Assembly (NCBI GenBank): GCA_000146045.2
Contig: BK006938.2
Location: 864,001-928,000, forward strand
Source: TPA_inf: Saccharomyces
Lineage: Eukaryota
Direction of reading: 5' to 3'
DNA: 64,000 nucleotides
Part shown: one piece after another, positions 1-12,400 of the stretch
Layout: each line of letters opens with the position of its first letter
Numbering within the stretch: position 1 is the first letter of the stretch
The notes under the pieces: model-generated
Told to the model about the DNA's origin: nothing
The model's database searches: none
Seen by the model: the letters and a program-made list of their open reading frames with translations, nothing else
Program-made: the position numbers and the translations under genes

Positions 1-708
1 TCTGTACCTATGGCCCCAGATACGTTCAATGTTAAGCCCAGCGGTACAATAACGGGGAACAAAGTAAATGTAGAACTGTTAAAAATCGAACTAAGCGGTC
101 AAAACGCCGATGGCGCTATTACGAATATATCTCCTGGTTACAGTAACGCAGCGATCTCTTCTTCAAATTCGACAGATGAATCATCCTTCGATTTGAACAA
201 CATCCTATCTTCAATGCAACAAAAGCACGCGGAAAAATCATTTGCCAAATCCATGCAAGGGGTGAATGAACAAATTCCAGCGAATGACGTCTGCCATCAA
301 GCCCAGAGGCCAATGCAAGGTGGTCTGTATTCATCACAGCAACCTTCATCGATGTCTTCATTAAACTCCGCGTATCAGAATGCCTCGATGCCTCCATCTG
401 CCTCCATGGTATCCTATCCCTATCCTTTTTTGAACCAGCAGGGGCAAGGGGTCTTTCCGCCTTATAATGCACAAAATTTACAATGGCAGAGCGAAGCTTA
501 CTCATTAAAGTCAATGAATTTTGCAAATCCAACGTGGCTAGGTGACCAGTACCAGACATCTGCGCCGTCGTCAGCATATGCGCAAGCGCAACGGCAAATG
601 TTTCAACAACCTATGCAGCAAGATGTGGGGAAGTACATGCAATTTCCTTTTGACGCCCAAAGCAACACGGACAGCATGAGGGGAAACAGTCGGAATAATA
701 TGTTTTAA
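1..708 (+). CDS. EBS1: 3' (C-terminal) part of an ORF that is open from base 1. Q/S/N/P-rich low-complexity tail ending ...GNSRNNMF*. Position upstream of and convergent with UME6 suggests EBS1 (YDR206W).
   Basis: Reading frame is open from position 1 to the stop at 706-708. Identity is inferred from synteny with UME6, which I recognise confidently; I do not recall the EBS1 C-terminus itself. Confidence 0.55.
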   Translation, partial: SVPMAPDTFNVKPSGTITGNKVNVELLKIELSGQNADGAITNISPGYSNAAISSSNSTDESSFDLNNILSSMQQKHAEKSFAKSMQGVNEQIPANDVCHQAQRPMQGGLYSSQQPSSMSSLNSAYQNASMPPSASMVSYPYPFLNQQGQGVFPPYNAQNLQWQSEAYSLKSMNFANPTWLGDQYQTSAPSSAYAQAQRQMFQQPMQQDVGKYMQFPFDAQSNTDSMRGNSRNNMF

Positions 709-868
709 TATTGTTCGTTTTTTATCATAGTTTTTCAAATCTTCATATGAATACTAGGTAGAAATTTGGCTTATCAGTACGAATGAATTACAGTTTGACT
801 GATTTGTACACGAGAATTGACGTATAACTTCTTTTGAAAGTCTTTGAAATTACATGGTAGTACATACA

Positions 869-889
869 TATATATATATATATATATAT
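869..889. repeat. (TA)n dinucleotide microsatellite of about 10 units in the EBS1/UME6 convergent 3' intergenic region
   Basis: Run of tatata... read directly at 869-889. Confidence 0.9.
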
Positions 890-1011
890 GTTATATTATT
901 GTTAATTAAATATTATTATGCGTATTTTCCTTTTCTTTATTAGTATAGTATTAATGACAGTAATAATAATAATAATAGTAACAATATCTCTTTTTTTTTT
1001 TCAGTGAGCTT

Positions 1012-3522
1012 TTATTTTTTTTTCATTGCTCTTCTTTTGGCCTCTTTTGTTTTTTTCTTGATTTCCTCCAGTTTCATCTGTTTTTTCTTTGGATCAGATA
1101 CAAAATCTGGTTTGAACGCGTCATAGTGACAGTCCAATTTCAACCTTTCACAGTTGAAACAGTGCGGTCTTTCCTCGGTACACTTCTTTTTCCTTAATCT
1201 ACAAATCCAGCAACCAGTACGGGACCTTGTACCTTGAGACGTTGAGGAAGTAGCATTATTCGATTCTTGAGAATTGTTTGCTTTTGATTTCGAAGTAGTA
1301 TTATTTGGTCTTTTCTTTGATGACTGTTTCGCCTTTGATTTTGCCTTAGGCTTGACATTTTTTCCTTTAGATTTAGCGAAATCCGGCGAAGTAGCGTTAG
1401 GATAATCAGCGGTATATGCCAAGCCAGAAGAAGCCTTCAAAGATGGAGACGATGGAGCTGACGAAGTTGAGGATTCGCCAAGAGAATTATAATCGCTATT
1501 GGTTTGGCTTGCTACTCTTGCGTTTCCAACTGACCTTCTCGATTTTTTCAATGGTGGAACTTCCAGTTGCTGTTGTTGTTCTGGAGCAGAAAGGCGTCTG
1601 TCTATTCGCTTACCATTCTTATTCCAAGTAACTTGCCTTGTCCTTGACTCAAAAGTGGGATCTAAAACCTTTTTAGAGTTTAGATTTAAATGGTAAGGAG
1701 ACAAGTCTTGATTTTGGTCCTGGTCTTCATCAAAAACAGCTGTAGAATTGTTGCTTTCGAAAATGGGTTGTTGTTCGGAATTATGGATACGTAACAGAAT
1801 TGGTCTTAAGACACCCTTTGATGGAAAAGATGACGAATGAGGCCTACTAGCCGGCACACCGAGCGCATTTGTGTTATTCATGTCATTGACATTGGAAATG
1901 GGTTTATCATGAGTTCTATATGGGGATGATCTCATGTTTGATAGCACTGCTGCTGCTGTACCCAAGTCGTCGTCTAGTTTGGTAGATGAAGATGCAGAAT
2001 TCGGACCGAGCAATAATCTTGATCTCAATCCATCCAATTTAGAATTGATGTATTTCGGTGGAGGTGGTGGGATGTATTGTTCATTTGTATGGAAGGGACT
2101 ATTTCTATTGTTACGATTCGGCAAATCGCCGTAAAAAAACCCAGTAGAAGGTCTTGACGAAGTGGCAAACGGGTCTTCACCGCGATTGATATTGTTCCGT
2201 TGAGGGTTGTTGTTGTTTGTGCTTGTAAACGAAGATGCGGAAGTTGGAGGTTGAGAAGGTATTTGGTTGAACCTAAAATGCTGGAAATTGTTTCTGCTGG
2301 TAATGGAAGAGCTGGTGTTCGCATGTCGAGAGTTTGTAGGCGTATCCGTGTTTGAACTAGCATTGTTGGAGGATGATTCATTCAAAGAATAAGCCTCATC
2401 TCTGTATTTCGAATTTAGCCAGAACGATATGTTGATTTTTGATTCGTTCTCGTCCAGTTTTACATTTGGGTCTGTTATCTCTCTATCCTTGTTGAAATAG
2501 AAGTTCCTGGGCGCCACGCCCACGGCACATTGGTCATCATGCACATTATGCTGGACCTGAGAGTCGTTAGATGGACTGCCGCCGCGCTTAGTTCCGCCGC
2601 GCAAATACCCGCCAATCTCATTGTTATTAGAGGATTCTCTCGAATCTGAGCTTTGTATCGAATTATTGTCGTTGTTGTTGGTACTGTTGTTTCTGCTCAG
2701 TATCGACATAGGCGAATTGGTAGTCTTACCGTTGTTCTTGTTGGCGCTGGTAATGATGAGCGGCAAATCCGATCCTGTGCGGGAACGGATGCCCGAGCCC
2801 GTGCCCGCGCCCGAGCCTGCTGCGGTGGTACCGGGGGAAGAAACCGCTGGAGCTTGTGGTGGCGGCAAATGTATTTTTTTTTTGGCGCCGGCGACGATAG
2901 TAGTAGTGGCAGTGTTACTATTAGTGGAGGTGGAGGAGTAAGGGAAAACATCCTCGTTGGTTGCAGTATACTGCGGCTGAATAGCACCGGAAATTTGTGG
3001 GTCTGTAGCCTGTGCGACATGGCCATTGCACAATGACTTAGGATCCGAAGGTGTATTGGAAGGCGCGAGTGGGCTGGCGGCAGCATGCACAGCGTTATCG
3101 CTGTCACGGCGATCTTGAAGTGTAGTATTGGTCGTAGTAGTAGTATCGTTTTCCTTAGGATCGTCTTTGATATCTCCGCCACTTTGGACTTTCAAACTCG
3201 GCGAACCAGACGGAGTATGCACGGGAGTGTTGTTGGGCGCACATGTCGATTTCATAATAGAAAGCAAAGGGTTTTCATCGTAGGTTGTCTTGAGAGATTC
3301 GATGCTAGCACTGGAAATTGTAGGATGGCGGGAGTTAGCTCCATCACTAACTTCATCTTCTGCATGTTTTTTGCCGTCTTGGCTGCTATTCATCAGCGTG
3401 GCACGAGATGTTTTATTGTGCAAATAGTGATGATTGTTGGCGGTTGTTTCCATCGAAAGCAGAGAGGCAGCCGCATTAGATTCGTCCATGTGTTTGCTTT
3501 GAGAGCGCGCCTTGTCTAGCAT
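1012..3522 (-). CDS. UME6: Ume6, Zn2Cys6 transcriptional regulator of early meiotic genes, 836 aa
   Basis: 836-aa ORF with an ATG start. C-terminal Zn2Cys6 cluster CWICRLRKKKCTEERPHCFNCERLKLDC. S/T/N-rich N-terminal regions. N-terminus MLDKARSQSKHMDESNAAAS matches UME6. Confidence 0.93.
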   Translation of the reverse strand: MLDKARSQSKHMDESNAAASLLSMETTANNHHYLHNKTSRATLMNSSQDGKKHAEDEVSDGANSRHPTISSASIESLKTTYDENPLLSIMKSTCAPNNTPVHTPSGSPSLKVQSGGDIKDDPKENDTTTTTNTTLQDRRDSDNAVHAAASPLAPSNTPSDPKSLCNGHVAQATDPQISGAIQPQYTATNEDVFPYSSTSTNSNTATTTIVAGAKKKIHLPPPQAPAVSSPGTTAAGSGAGTGSGIRSRTGSDLPLIITSANKNNGKTTNSPMSILSRNNSTNNNDNNSIQSSDSRESSNNNEIGGYLRGGTKRGGSPSNDSQVQHNVHDDQCAVGVAPRNFYFNKDREITDPNVKLDENESKINISFWLNSKYRDEAYSLNESSSNNASSNTDTPTNSRHANTSSSITSRNNFQHFRFNQIPSQPPTSASSFTSTNNNNPQRNNINRGEDPFATSSRPSTGFFYGDLPNRNNRNSPFHTNEQYIPPPPPKYINSKLDGLRSRLLLGPNSASSSTKLDDDLGTAAAVLSNMRSSPYRTHDKPISNVNDMNNTNALGVPASRPHSSSFPSKGVLRPILLRIHNSEQQPIFESNNSTAVFDEDQDQNQDLSPYHLNLNSKKVLDPTFESRTRQVTWNKNGKRIDRRLSAPEQQQQLEVPPLKKSRRSVGNARVASQTNSDYNSLGESSTSSAPSSPSLKASSGLAYTADYPNATSPDFAKSKGKNVKPKAKSKAKQSSKKRPNNTTSKSKANNSQESNNATSSTSQGTRSRTGCWICRLRKKKCTEERPHCFNCERLKLDCHYDAFKPDFVSDPKKKQMKLEEIKKKTKEAKRRAMKKK

Positions 3523-4223
3523 CGTGAGTTAAGGTCCATGCAAATGGTTTGAGTGCGGTAGTGTCCTAGTTCCTGTGCGCTGTGCGAAGGTGGGCGCTTC
3601 TTACGATCACTGGTCTCTTGTCCTTGTCCTCTATGTTCTTTTCATTTTTCTTTTTGACGGCGGCAGTTTCCGCCTGGCATTGGTGAAAAGGCGCCTTGAA
3701 GCACGGCGGACGTGTCACCCGGACCGAAACAGAAGAGAAGTAGCGCAGTCTTGGCAATTATAGGATGCCCGAAATCCAACGTGCATTCTATTCTCGTGAT
3801 TATTCTCGTGATTTCGTGTGCAACCAATGGACTTTAAAAACTGCGCTCTACTACTTGTAGCAATGCATGTTTTGGGCAAGTGGGGTTGAGTGGAGTGTCA
3901 CCTCAGACGACGTGTCGCTTTTGTATATCCGTTTTTACGGACATAAGAACGTGCCGCCCATTCTGGGAAAACAAAACACAGGTTAAAAAAAAAAAGAAAG
4001 GAATGGATGGGGAATGGGACAGAGAGGAAAGATAGAGGTGGAAATAACAAAAGCGTGACAACAAAGAAGCAAATACGGAGGGACAAGCAAAGAAAAAACA
4101 AGGACAGAAACAAAAAATAGGAACAAGAAGTAGCACATTCATAAGCAAGAGAGTACGAAACCTGTTTACACCCCCCGAGACAGTTGCCCTATATCGCTTT
4201 TCCCTATCAATAGTTTCTAACTC

Positions 4224-6563
4224 ATGTCAGTCTTGCGATCACAACCTCCTTCAGTTGTACCGCTACATCTGACAACATCCACCAGTCGCAAAACAGAACA
4301 GGAACCATCGCTATTGCACTCTGCAATAATTGAGCGACATCAAGACCGTTCGGTGCCGAATTCGAATTCGAATCCGGATTCGAACCATCGAATAAAAAAG
4401 GATCGCAATAATCACACTAGCTACCATTCTTCATCGAATTCGGAGTCAAACATGGAAAGTCCTCGCTTGTCAGATGGTGAGTCTTCCACTCCGACCTCTA
4501 TTGAAGAGTTAAACCCAACAATAAATAATTCGAGGCTGGTGAAGAGAAACTACTCAATATCAATTGATCCTTTGCATGACAACAGCAATAATAATACGGA
4601 TGATGATCATCCAAACACCATAACTTCTCCCCGACCAAATAGCACTAGTAACAAGGAAATGCAGAAATATAGTTTTCCCGAAGGTAAGGAGTCGAAGAAA
4701 ATAACAACACCCTCGTTAAACTCGAATAATTGTTTGGATTTGGACAATTCCAGTCTTGTTCACACAGATTCGTATATACAAGACTTAAATGACGATCATA
4801 TTTTACTAAACAAGCGCGTTTCGAGGCGATCTTCCAGAATATCGGCAGTAACAGCAACTTCCACGACAATTAAGCAAAGAAGAAATACTCAGGATTCAAA
4901 CCTGCCCAATATTCCCTTTCACGCTTCCAAGCATTCTCAAATTCTACCTATGGATGATTCAGATGTAATAAAATTGGCCAATGGAGATACCAGCATGAAA
5001 CCAAATTCTGCTACTAAAATTAGTCACTCAATGACTTCTTTGCCTCTTCACCCACTTCCACAACCTTCTCAAAAGTCAAAGCAATATCATATGATATCCA
5101 AATCAACCACTTCTTTGCCGCCAGAGAATGACCACTACTATCAACACAGTCGTGGCACCAACCATAATCACGCTGCTAATGCTGCTGCTGTTAATAATAA
5201 TACTACTACTACTACCGCTGCTACGGGTCTGAAAAGATCAGAGTCTGCAACGGCAGAAATTAAGAAGATGAGACAATCTTTGCTGCATAAAAGAGAAATG
5301 AAAAGGAAAAGAAAAACATTTTTGGTGGATGACGATCGTGTTTTGATCGGTAATAAAGTCAGTGAAGGCCATGTCAACTTTATTATAGCTTATAACATGC
5401 TAACTGGTATTCGTGTCGCAGTGTCACGTTGTTCTGGCATAATGAAACCTTTAACTCCGGCAGACTTTAGATTTACGAAGAAGCTTGCCTTTGATTATCA
5501 CGGAAATGAATTGACCCCTTCTTCTCAGTATGCATTTAAGTTTAAGGACTACTGTCCCGAAGTCTTTAGGGAACTTCGTGCATTATTCGGCTTAGACCCT
5601 GCTGATTATTTGGTTTCGTTAACTTCCAAGTACATTTTGAGTGAGTTGAACTCGCCAGGTAAAAGTGGTTCATTTTTTTATTATTCGAGAGATTACAAAT
5701 ATATTATCAAGACCATACATCATTCTGAGCATATTCATCTGAGAAAGCACATACAAGAATACTATAACCATGTAAGAGACAATCCAAACACTTTGATTTG
5801 TCAATTTTATGGTTTGCATAGAGTGAAAATGCCTATATCGTTTCAAAATAAAATTAAGCATCGGAAAATTTACTTCCTAGTCATGAATAACTTATTTCCA
5901 CCACACTTAGACATTCACATTACTTATGATTTAAAAGGTTCCACATGGGGCCGTTTTACCAATTTGGATAAAGAAAGGTTGGCGAAAGATAGATCATATA
6001 GGCCTGTGATGAAAGATTTAAATTGGCTTGAAGAAGGTCAGAAAATTAAATTCGGTCCATTGAAGAAGAAGACTTTTTTGACACAGCTGAAAAAAGATGT
6101 GGAATTGCTTGCTAAATTGAATACAATGGACTATTCCTTGTTAATTGGCATTCATGACATCAATAAAGCTAAAGAAGACGACTTACAATTGGCGGATACG
6201 GCATCTATTGAGGAGCAACCACAGACTCAAGGACCCATAAGAACCGGTACCGGAACGGTAGTACGACATTTTTTTAGAGAGTTTGAAGGTGGAATTCGAG
6301 CATCTGATCAATTCAACAATGATGTGGATTTGATTTATTACGTGGGGATAATCGATTTCTTGACTAATTACTCAGTTATGAAGAAATTAGAAACGTTTTG
6401 GAGAAGTCTACGCCATGATACCAAGTTGGTGAGTGCCATACCTCCAAGAGACTACGCCAATAGGTTTTACGAATTCATAGAAGATTCTGTAGATCCTCTG
6501 CCCCAGAAAAAAACTCAATCGTCGTATAGAGACGACCCTAACCAGAAAAATTATAAAGACTGA
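4224..6563 (+). CDS. MSS4: Mss4, phosphatidylinositol-4-phosphate 5-kinase, 779 aa
   Basis: 779-aa ORF. C-terminal PIP kinase domain with motifs [31 protein letters not shown] and IIDFLTNY. Long Ser/Asn-rich N-terminus as in Mss4. Confidence 0.93.
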
Positions 6564-7073
6564 GTAGGGCACAGGTAAATAACCTATCGTCTATGTACTC
6601 AGTCTAATCTACTTTGATTTAATTTAATTCAAGTTATATAAATCTATTCTTTTCCCTTTAATTTTAATATTTTAATTTCAATCCTTTTCTTATTTTCTAT
6701 TTTTGCTTTTTTTTTTTCTTTTTTCCATATTCTCAGGCCACGTCAGGCTTGCATAAGCCACGCTAGCTAATAATTCAGCGAGACCCTATTCCAAACCTAA
6801 TTGTTCGGAACCATGCCATATCTCTTCCGCAGTGTGTGGCTAAGCGGCTTTAAGAGGATACGAAATGTCAAAAAACGAGAAAATTCGATTATATCTGTAC
6901 GAACTTTTCTTTGCGCTTACTGCCTGTTTACTTTGCTTTGCCTTCTACTGTTTTTTTTTGCTCGAGGCCGATGGTGAACTGCAACGTTATATAAACTAAA
7001 GTGCCAGAATAAAAATAAAGAAAGGCAAAGGGAGACTATCCGTCTTCGAAACAAGTCAAAAGAGCGAAAACTA

Positions 7074-7301
7074 ATGAGCCAACAACAAGGTTACTACCAA
7101 CAAGGACCCCCACAGCAAGGTTATTATCAACAAGGTCCACCACAACAAGGTTATTATCAACAAGGTCCACCGCAACAGGGTTATCCTCAGCAGCAACCAG
7201 TCTATGTCCAACAAGGTCAACCAAAGGAGGAAAGCTGCTTGGACAGTTGTTTAAAATGTTTGTGTTGTTGTTTCTTATTAGAATTGGTATGCGATAACTG
7301 A
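7074..7301 (+). CDS. YDR210W-type small protein (75 aa): four [10 protein letters not shown] repeats followed by a Cys-rich C-terminal segment ([21 protein letters not shown]), as in the CYSTM tail-anchored family
   Basis: Repeat structure and cysteine-rich hydrophobic tail read directly from the translation. Position between MSS4 and the Ty cluster matches YDR210W. Confidence 0.75.
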   Translation: MSQQQGYYQQGPPQQGYYQQGPPQQGYYQQGPPQQGYPQQQPVYVQQGQPKEESCLDSCLKCLCCCFLLELVCDN

Positions 7302-7420
7302 TTCGTTTGTTCAAGAAGTGGTCAATATAAAAAACGAAATCACATAGCCTTTCATCTATGCTGCGAAAGACTGTATAATTACTTTTAAGCAAAAATGTAT
7401 ATAATATGATGGGATCGTTA

Positions 7421-7766
7421 CGTTGGAACAAGAATTGACCATCGTTCATCTGTTGTTGAAATAAAATTTGAAGTTATTCGTCGTACTAGTATCCTATCAC
7501 ATGCGGTGTAAGAAATCACATTGTATGAGAAGCAATTATCTAATTTAATGGACGCTGAAGTTCAAGAATTGGTAATGTGACAGGATAATTAATTAACAGC
7601 ATATAAAATAAAAGAATAATATTTTTATTATATAAAAATATCGATCACTCTTGTGGATTTCTAAATCCTCGAAGAGAACTTTTAATGCATTCTATATGCC
7701 TAATAATAAAGTCGCTATCGAAAATATAATATCTATGCTTATCTATATTGAGAAATGGATGAAATT
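7421..7766 (+). repeat. Diverged solo delta (Ty1/Ty2 LTR) remnant, + orientation
   Basis: Recognisable but diverged similarity to the delta sequence, for example ...actagtat..tatca.atgcggtgtaagaa...ggatttctaaatcctcgaagagaact.... The terminal TGTTGG is degenerated to cgttggaaca. Confidence 0.45.
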
Positions 7767-7820
7767 TGAGATAATTGTTGGGATTCCATTGTTGACAAAG
7801 GCTATGATATTAGGTGTAAA
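7767..7820 (-). repeat. 3'-terminal 54 bp of an older solo delta (- orientation) that was split by the Ty2 insertion; the other part is at 13780-14044
   Basis: tgagataattgttgggattccattgttgacaaaggctatgatattaggtgtaaa is the reverse complement of a delta 3' end. It joins seamlessly with 13785-14044 once Ty2 and one copy of the 5-bp target duplication are removed. Confidence 0.7.
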
Positions 7821-8152
7821 TGTTGGAATAAAAATCAACTATCATCTACTAACTAGTATTTACGTTACTAGTATATTATCATATACGGTGTTAGAAGATG
7901 ACGCAAATGATGAGAAATAGTCATCTAAATTAGTGGAAGCTGAAACGCAAGGATTGATAATGTAATAGGATCAATGAATATTAACATATAAAACGATGAT
8001 AATAATATTTATAGAATTGTGTAGAATTGCAGATTCCCTTTTATGGATTCCTAAATCCTTGAGGAGAACTTCTAGTATATCTACATACCTAATATTATAG
8101 CCTTAATCACAATGGAATCCCAACAATTACATCAAAATCCACATTCCCAACA
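7821..8152 (+). repeat. Ty2 5' LTR (delta); contains the TYA start codon at 8112
   Basis: Begins TGTTGGAATAAAAATCAACTATC. Directly repeated at 13448. Confidence 0.85.
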
Positions 8153-9428
8153 TGGTAGCGCCTATGCTTCGGTTACTTCTAAGGAAGTCCCATCAAATCA
8201 AGATCCGTTAGCCGTTTCAGCTTCCAATTTACCGGAATTTGATAGAGATTCCACTAAGGTTAATTCTCAAGAAGAGACAACACCTGGGACATCAGCTGTT
8301 CCAGAGAACCATCATCATGTCTCTCCTCAACCTGCTTCAGTACCACCTCCACAGAATGGACAGTACCAACAGCACGGCATGATGACCCCAAACAAAGCTA
8401 TGGCCTCTAACTGGGCACATTACCAACAACCATCTATGATGACGTGTTCACATTATCAAACGTCACCTGCGTATTATCAACCGGACCCACACTATCCGCT
8501 GCCACAGTATATCCCACCGCTGAGTACTTCCTCACCTGATCCAATCGATTCACAGGATCAACACTCTGAAGTACCTCAAGCTAAGACAAAGGTGAGAAAT
8601 AATGTCTTACCACCACACACTTTAACATCAGAAGAAAACTTTTCTACATGGGTTAAATTTTACATCAGATTTTTGAAGAACTCTAATCTCGGTGACATTA
8701 TTCCAAATGACCAGGGTGAAATCAAAAGACAAATGACTTATGAAGAACATGCGTATATATACAATACCTTCCAAGCATTTGCCCCATTTCATTTATTGCC
8801 AACATGGGTAAAACAAATTTTAGAAATTAATTATTCTGACATCCTTACAGTCCTTTGTAAAAGTGTGTCCAAAATGCAAACTAACAATCAAGAATTAAAA
8901 GATTGGATAGCTCTTGCCAACCTTGAGTACAACGGAAGTACATCTGCTGATACATTTGAAATTACAGTCAGCACGATCATTCAAAGGCTAAAAGAAAACA
9001 ATATCAATGTTAGCGACAGATTGGCCTGTCAACTAATACTTAAAGGTCTATCCGGTGATTTCAAATACCTACGTAATCAATATCGTACCAAAACGAACAT
9101 GAAACTTTCCCAATTATTCGCTGAAATTCAATTAATATATGACGAAAATAAAATCATGAATCTAAATAAACCGTCCCAATACAAACAACACAGCGAATAC
9201 AAAAATGTTTCTCGCACATCTCCAAACACGACTAACACGAAGGTTACAACTCGTAATTATCATAGAACAAATAGTTCAAAACCAAGAGCAGCAAAAGCTC
9301 ACAATATTGCTACATCCAGTAAATTCTCAAGGGTGAACAGTGATCACATTAATGAATCAACCGTTTCATCACAATACTTAAGCGATGACAACGAACTTAG
9401 TCTTAGGCCAGCAACAGAAAGAATCTAA
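8112..9428 (+). CDS. TYA: Ty2 TYA (Gag capsid protein), 438 aa
   Basis: [26 protein letters not shown]... Ends ...[10 protein letters not shown] immediately after the frameshift heptamer. Confidence 0.9.
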
Positions 9429-12400
9429 GCCAACACGCACAATAGACTCGAATGACGAACTACCTGATCACCTTCTTATTGATTCAGGAGCTTCGCAAAC
9501 GCTTGTCAGATCAGCCCATTATTTACACCATGCAACACCCAATTCTGAAATAAACATAGTCGATGCTCAAAAACAAGACATTCCTATAAATGCCATTGGT
9601 AATCTTCACTTCAACTTTCAGAACGGCACCAAAACATCAATAAAAGCACTACACACACCAAACATAGCCTATGATCTATTAAGTTTGAGTGAGCTGGCTA
9701 ACCAAAATATTACTGCCTGCTTTACCAGAAACACTTTAGAAAGATCGGATGGTACAGTACTAGCTCCCATAGTCAAACATGGAGACTTTTACTGGTTATC
9801 TAAAAAATACCTAATTCCTTCGCACATTTCAAAGCTAACAATAAACAACGTCAACAAAAGCAAAAGCGTAAATAAATATCCATATCCGTTAATACATCGA
9901 ATGCTTGGACATGCTAACTTCCGAAGTATTCAGAAGTCTCTTAAGAAGAATGCAGTTACATATTTGAAAGAATCGGATATTGAATGGTCTAACGCTAGCA
10001 CATATCAATGTCCTGACTGTCTAATCGGCAAAAGCACGAAACATAGGCATGTCAAAGGATCACGACTAAAGTACCAAGAATCATATGAGCCTTTTCAGTA
10101 CTTGCATACCGATATATTTGGTCCTGTACATCACTTACCGAAAAGTGCACCTTCTTACTTTATATCGTTTACAGATGAGAAAACCAGATTCCAATGGGTG
10201 TACCCATTACACGACCGTCGTGAAGAATCTATCCTCAATGTTTTTACATCGATATTAGCATTTATTAAGAACCAATTCAATGCTCGCGTTCTAGTTATCC
10301 AGATGGATCGTGGCTCCGAGTACACTAACAAAACTCTTCATAAGTTCTTTACGAACAGAGGTATTACTGCATGCTATACAACCACGGCAGATTCTAGAGC
10401 ACACGGTGTCGCTGAACGATTAAATCGTACTTTATTAAACGATTGTCGCACACTGCTTCATTGCAGTGGTCTACCAAATCATCTATGGTTCTCAGCAGTC
10501 GAATTTTCTACTATAATCAGAAATTCATTAGTCTCACCAAAAAACGATAAATCTGCCAGACAACATGCAGGTTTAGCTGGACTGGACATTACTACTATAC
10601 TACCTTTCGGTCAACCGGTTATAGTTAACAACCATAATCCCGACTCGAAAATACATCCTCGTGGCATTCCAGGTTACGCCTTACATCCGTCACGAAACTC
10701 TTATGGCTATATTATCTATCTTCCATCCTTAAAAAAGACAGTAGATACTACCAATTACGTTATATTACAAAACAATCAAACGAAATTGGACCAGTTCGAC
10801 TACGATACACTCACTTTTGATGATGATCTCAATCGTTTAACAGCCCATAACCAATCTTTTATTGAACAAAATGAAACGGAGCAGTCATATGATCAAAATA
10901 CAGAATCTGATCATGACTATCAATCGGAGATTGAAATAAACTCTGATCCTCTAGTGAACGATTTCTCGTCCCAATCATTGAACCCTTTACAATTAGACAA
11001 GGAACCAGTCCAAAAGGTACGTGCACCAAAAGAAGTTGATGCCGACATATCTGAATACAATATTCTTCCATCTACTATACGATCTCGTACACCCCATATC
11101 ATTAATAAAGAGAGTACCGAAATGGGTGGTACCATTGAATCAGATACTACTTCACCTAGACACTCGTCTACCTTCACTGCACGAAACCAAAAGCGACCTG
11201 GTAGTCCCAATGATATGATTGATTTGACCTCACAGGATAGAGTTAATTATGGACTTGAAAACATCAAAACTACACGTTTGGGTGGTACGGAGGAACCATA
11301 TATTCAACGAAATAGTGATACAAATATCAAATACAGGACTACAAATAGTACGCCCTCAATAGATGACCGTTCGTCCAACAGTGAATCCACTACTCCCATC
11401 ATCTCCATAGAAACAAAGGCTGTATGTGATAATACACCCTCCATTGATACGGATCCGCCAGAATATCGATCTTCTGACCATGCGACTCCTAATATAATGC
11501 CTGACAAATCCTCAAAAAATGTTACGGCTGATTCTATTCTTGACGACCTCCCACTTCCTGACTTAACCCATAAATCTCCTACGGACACTTCTGATGTTGC
11601 AAAAGATATTCCACACATACACTCTCGTCAGACTAATTCCAGTTTGGGTGGTATGGATGATTCTAATGTTCTGACTACTACCAAAAGTAAGAAAAGATCA
11701 TTAGAAGATAATGAAACTGAAATTGAGGTATCCCGAGACACATGGAATAATAAGAATATGAGAAGTCTGGAACCACCAAGATCGAAGAAACGCATAAATT
11801 TAATTGCAGCAATAAAAGGAGTGAAATCGATCAAACCAGTTCGAACGACCTTAAGATATGATGAAGCAATTACATATAATAAAGACAACAAAGAAAAAGA
11901 CAGATATGTTGAAGCTTATCATAAAGAAATTAGCCAACTATTGAAAATGAACACTTGGGATACAAACAAATATTATGATAGAAATGACATAGATCCTAAA
12001 AAAGTAATAAACTCAATGTTTATATTTAACAAGAAACGTGATGGTACACACAAAGCTAGATTTGTTGCAAGAGGCGACATTCAACACCCCGATACATATG
12101 ATTCTGATATGCAATCCAATACCGTACATCACTATGCACTGATGACGTCATTGTCAATCGCATTAGACAATGACTATTATATCACACAGCTGGACATATC
12201 CTCTGCTTACTTATATGCTGATATCAAAGAAGAATTATACATAAGACCTCCACCACATTTAGGTTTGAATGATAAGTTACTACGTTTGAGAAAATCACTC
12301 TATGGTTTGAAACAAAGTGGTGCAAACTGGTATGAAACCATTAAATCATATTTAATAAATTGTTGCGACATGCAAGAAGTTCGCGGATGGTCATGCGTAT

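Noticed and set aside
2621-3519. Multiple 100-160-codon ORFs on both strands inside UME6, MSS4, ADR1, RAD9, SIR4 and other genes (for example 2653-3036 +, 2697-3182 -, 3085-3519 +, 36365-36871 +, 54735-55079 -, 56183-56671 -)
   Set aside because: All are embedded in or antisense to long, confidently identified genes. They come from low-complexity or AT-poor stretches and show no independent coding evidence.
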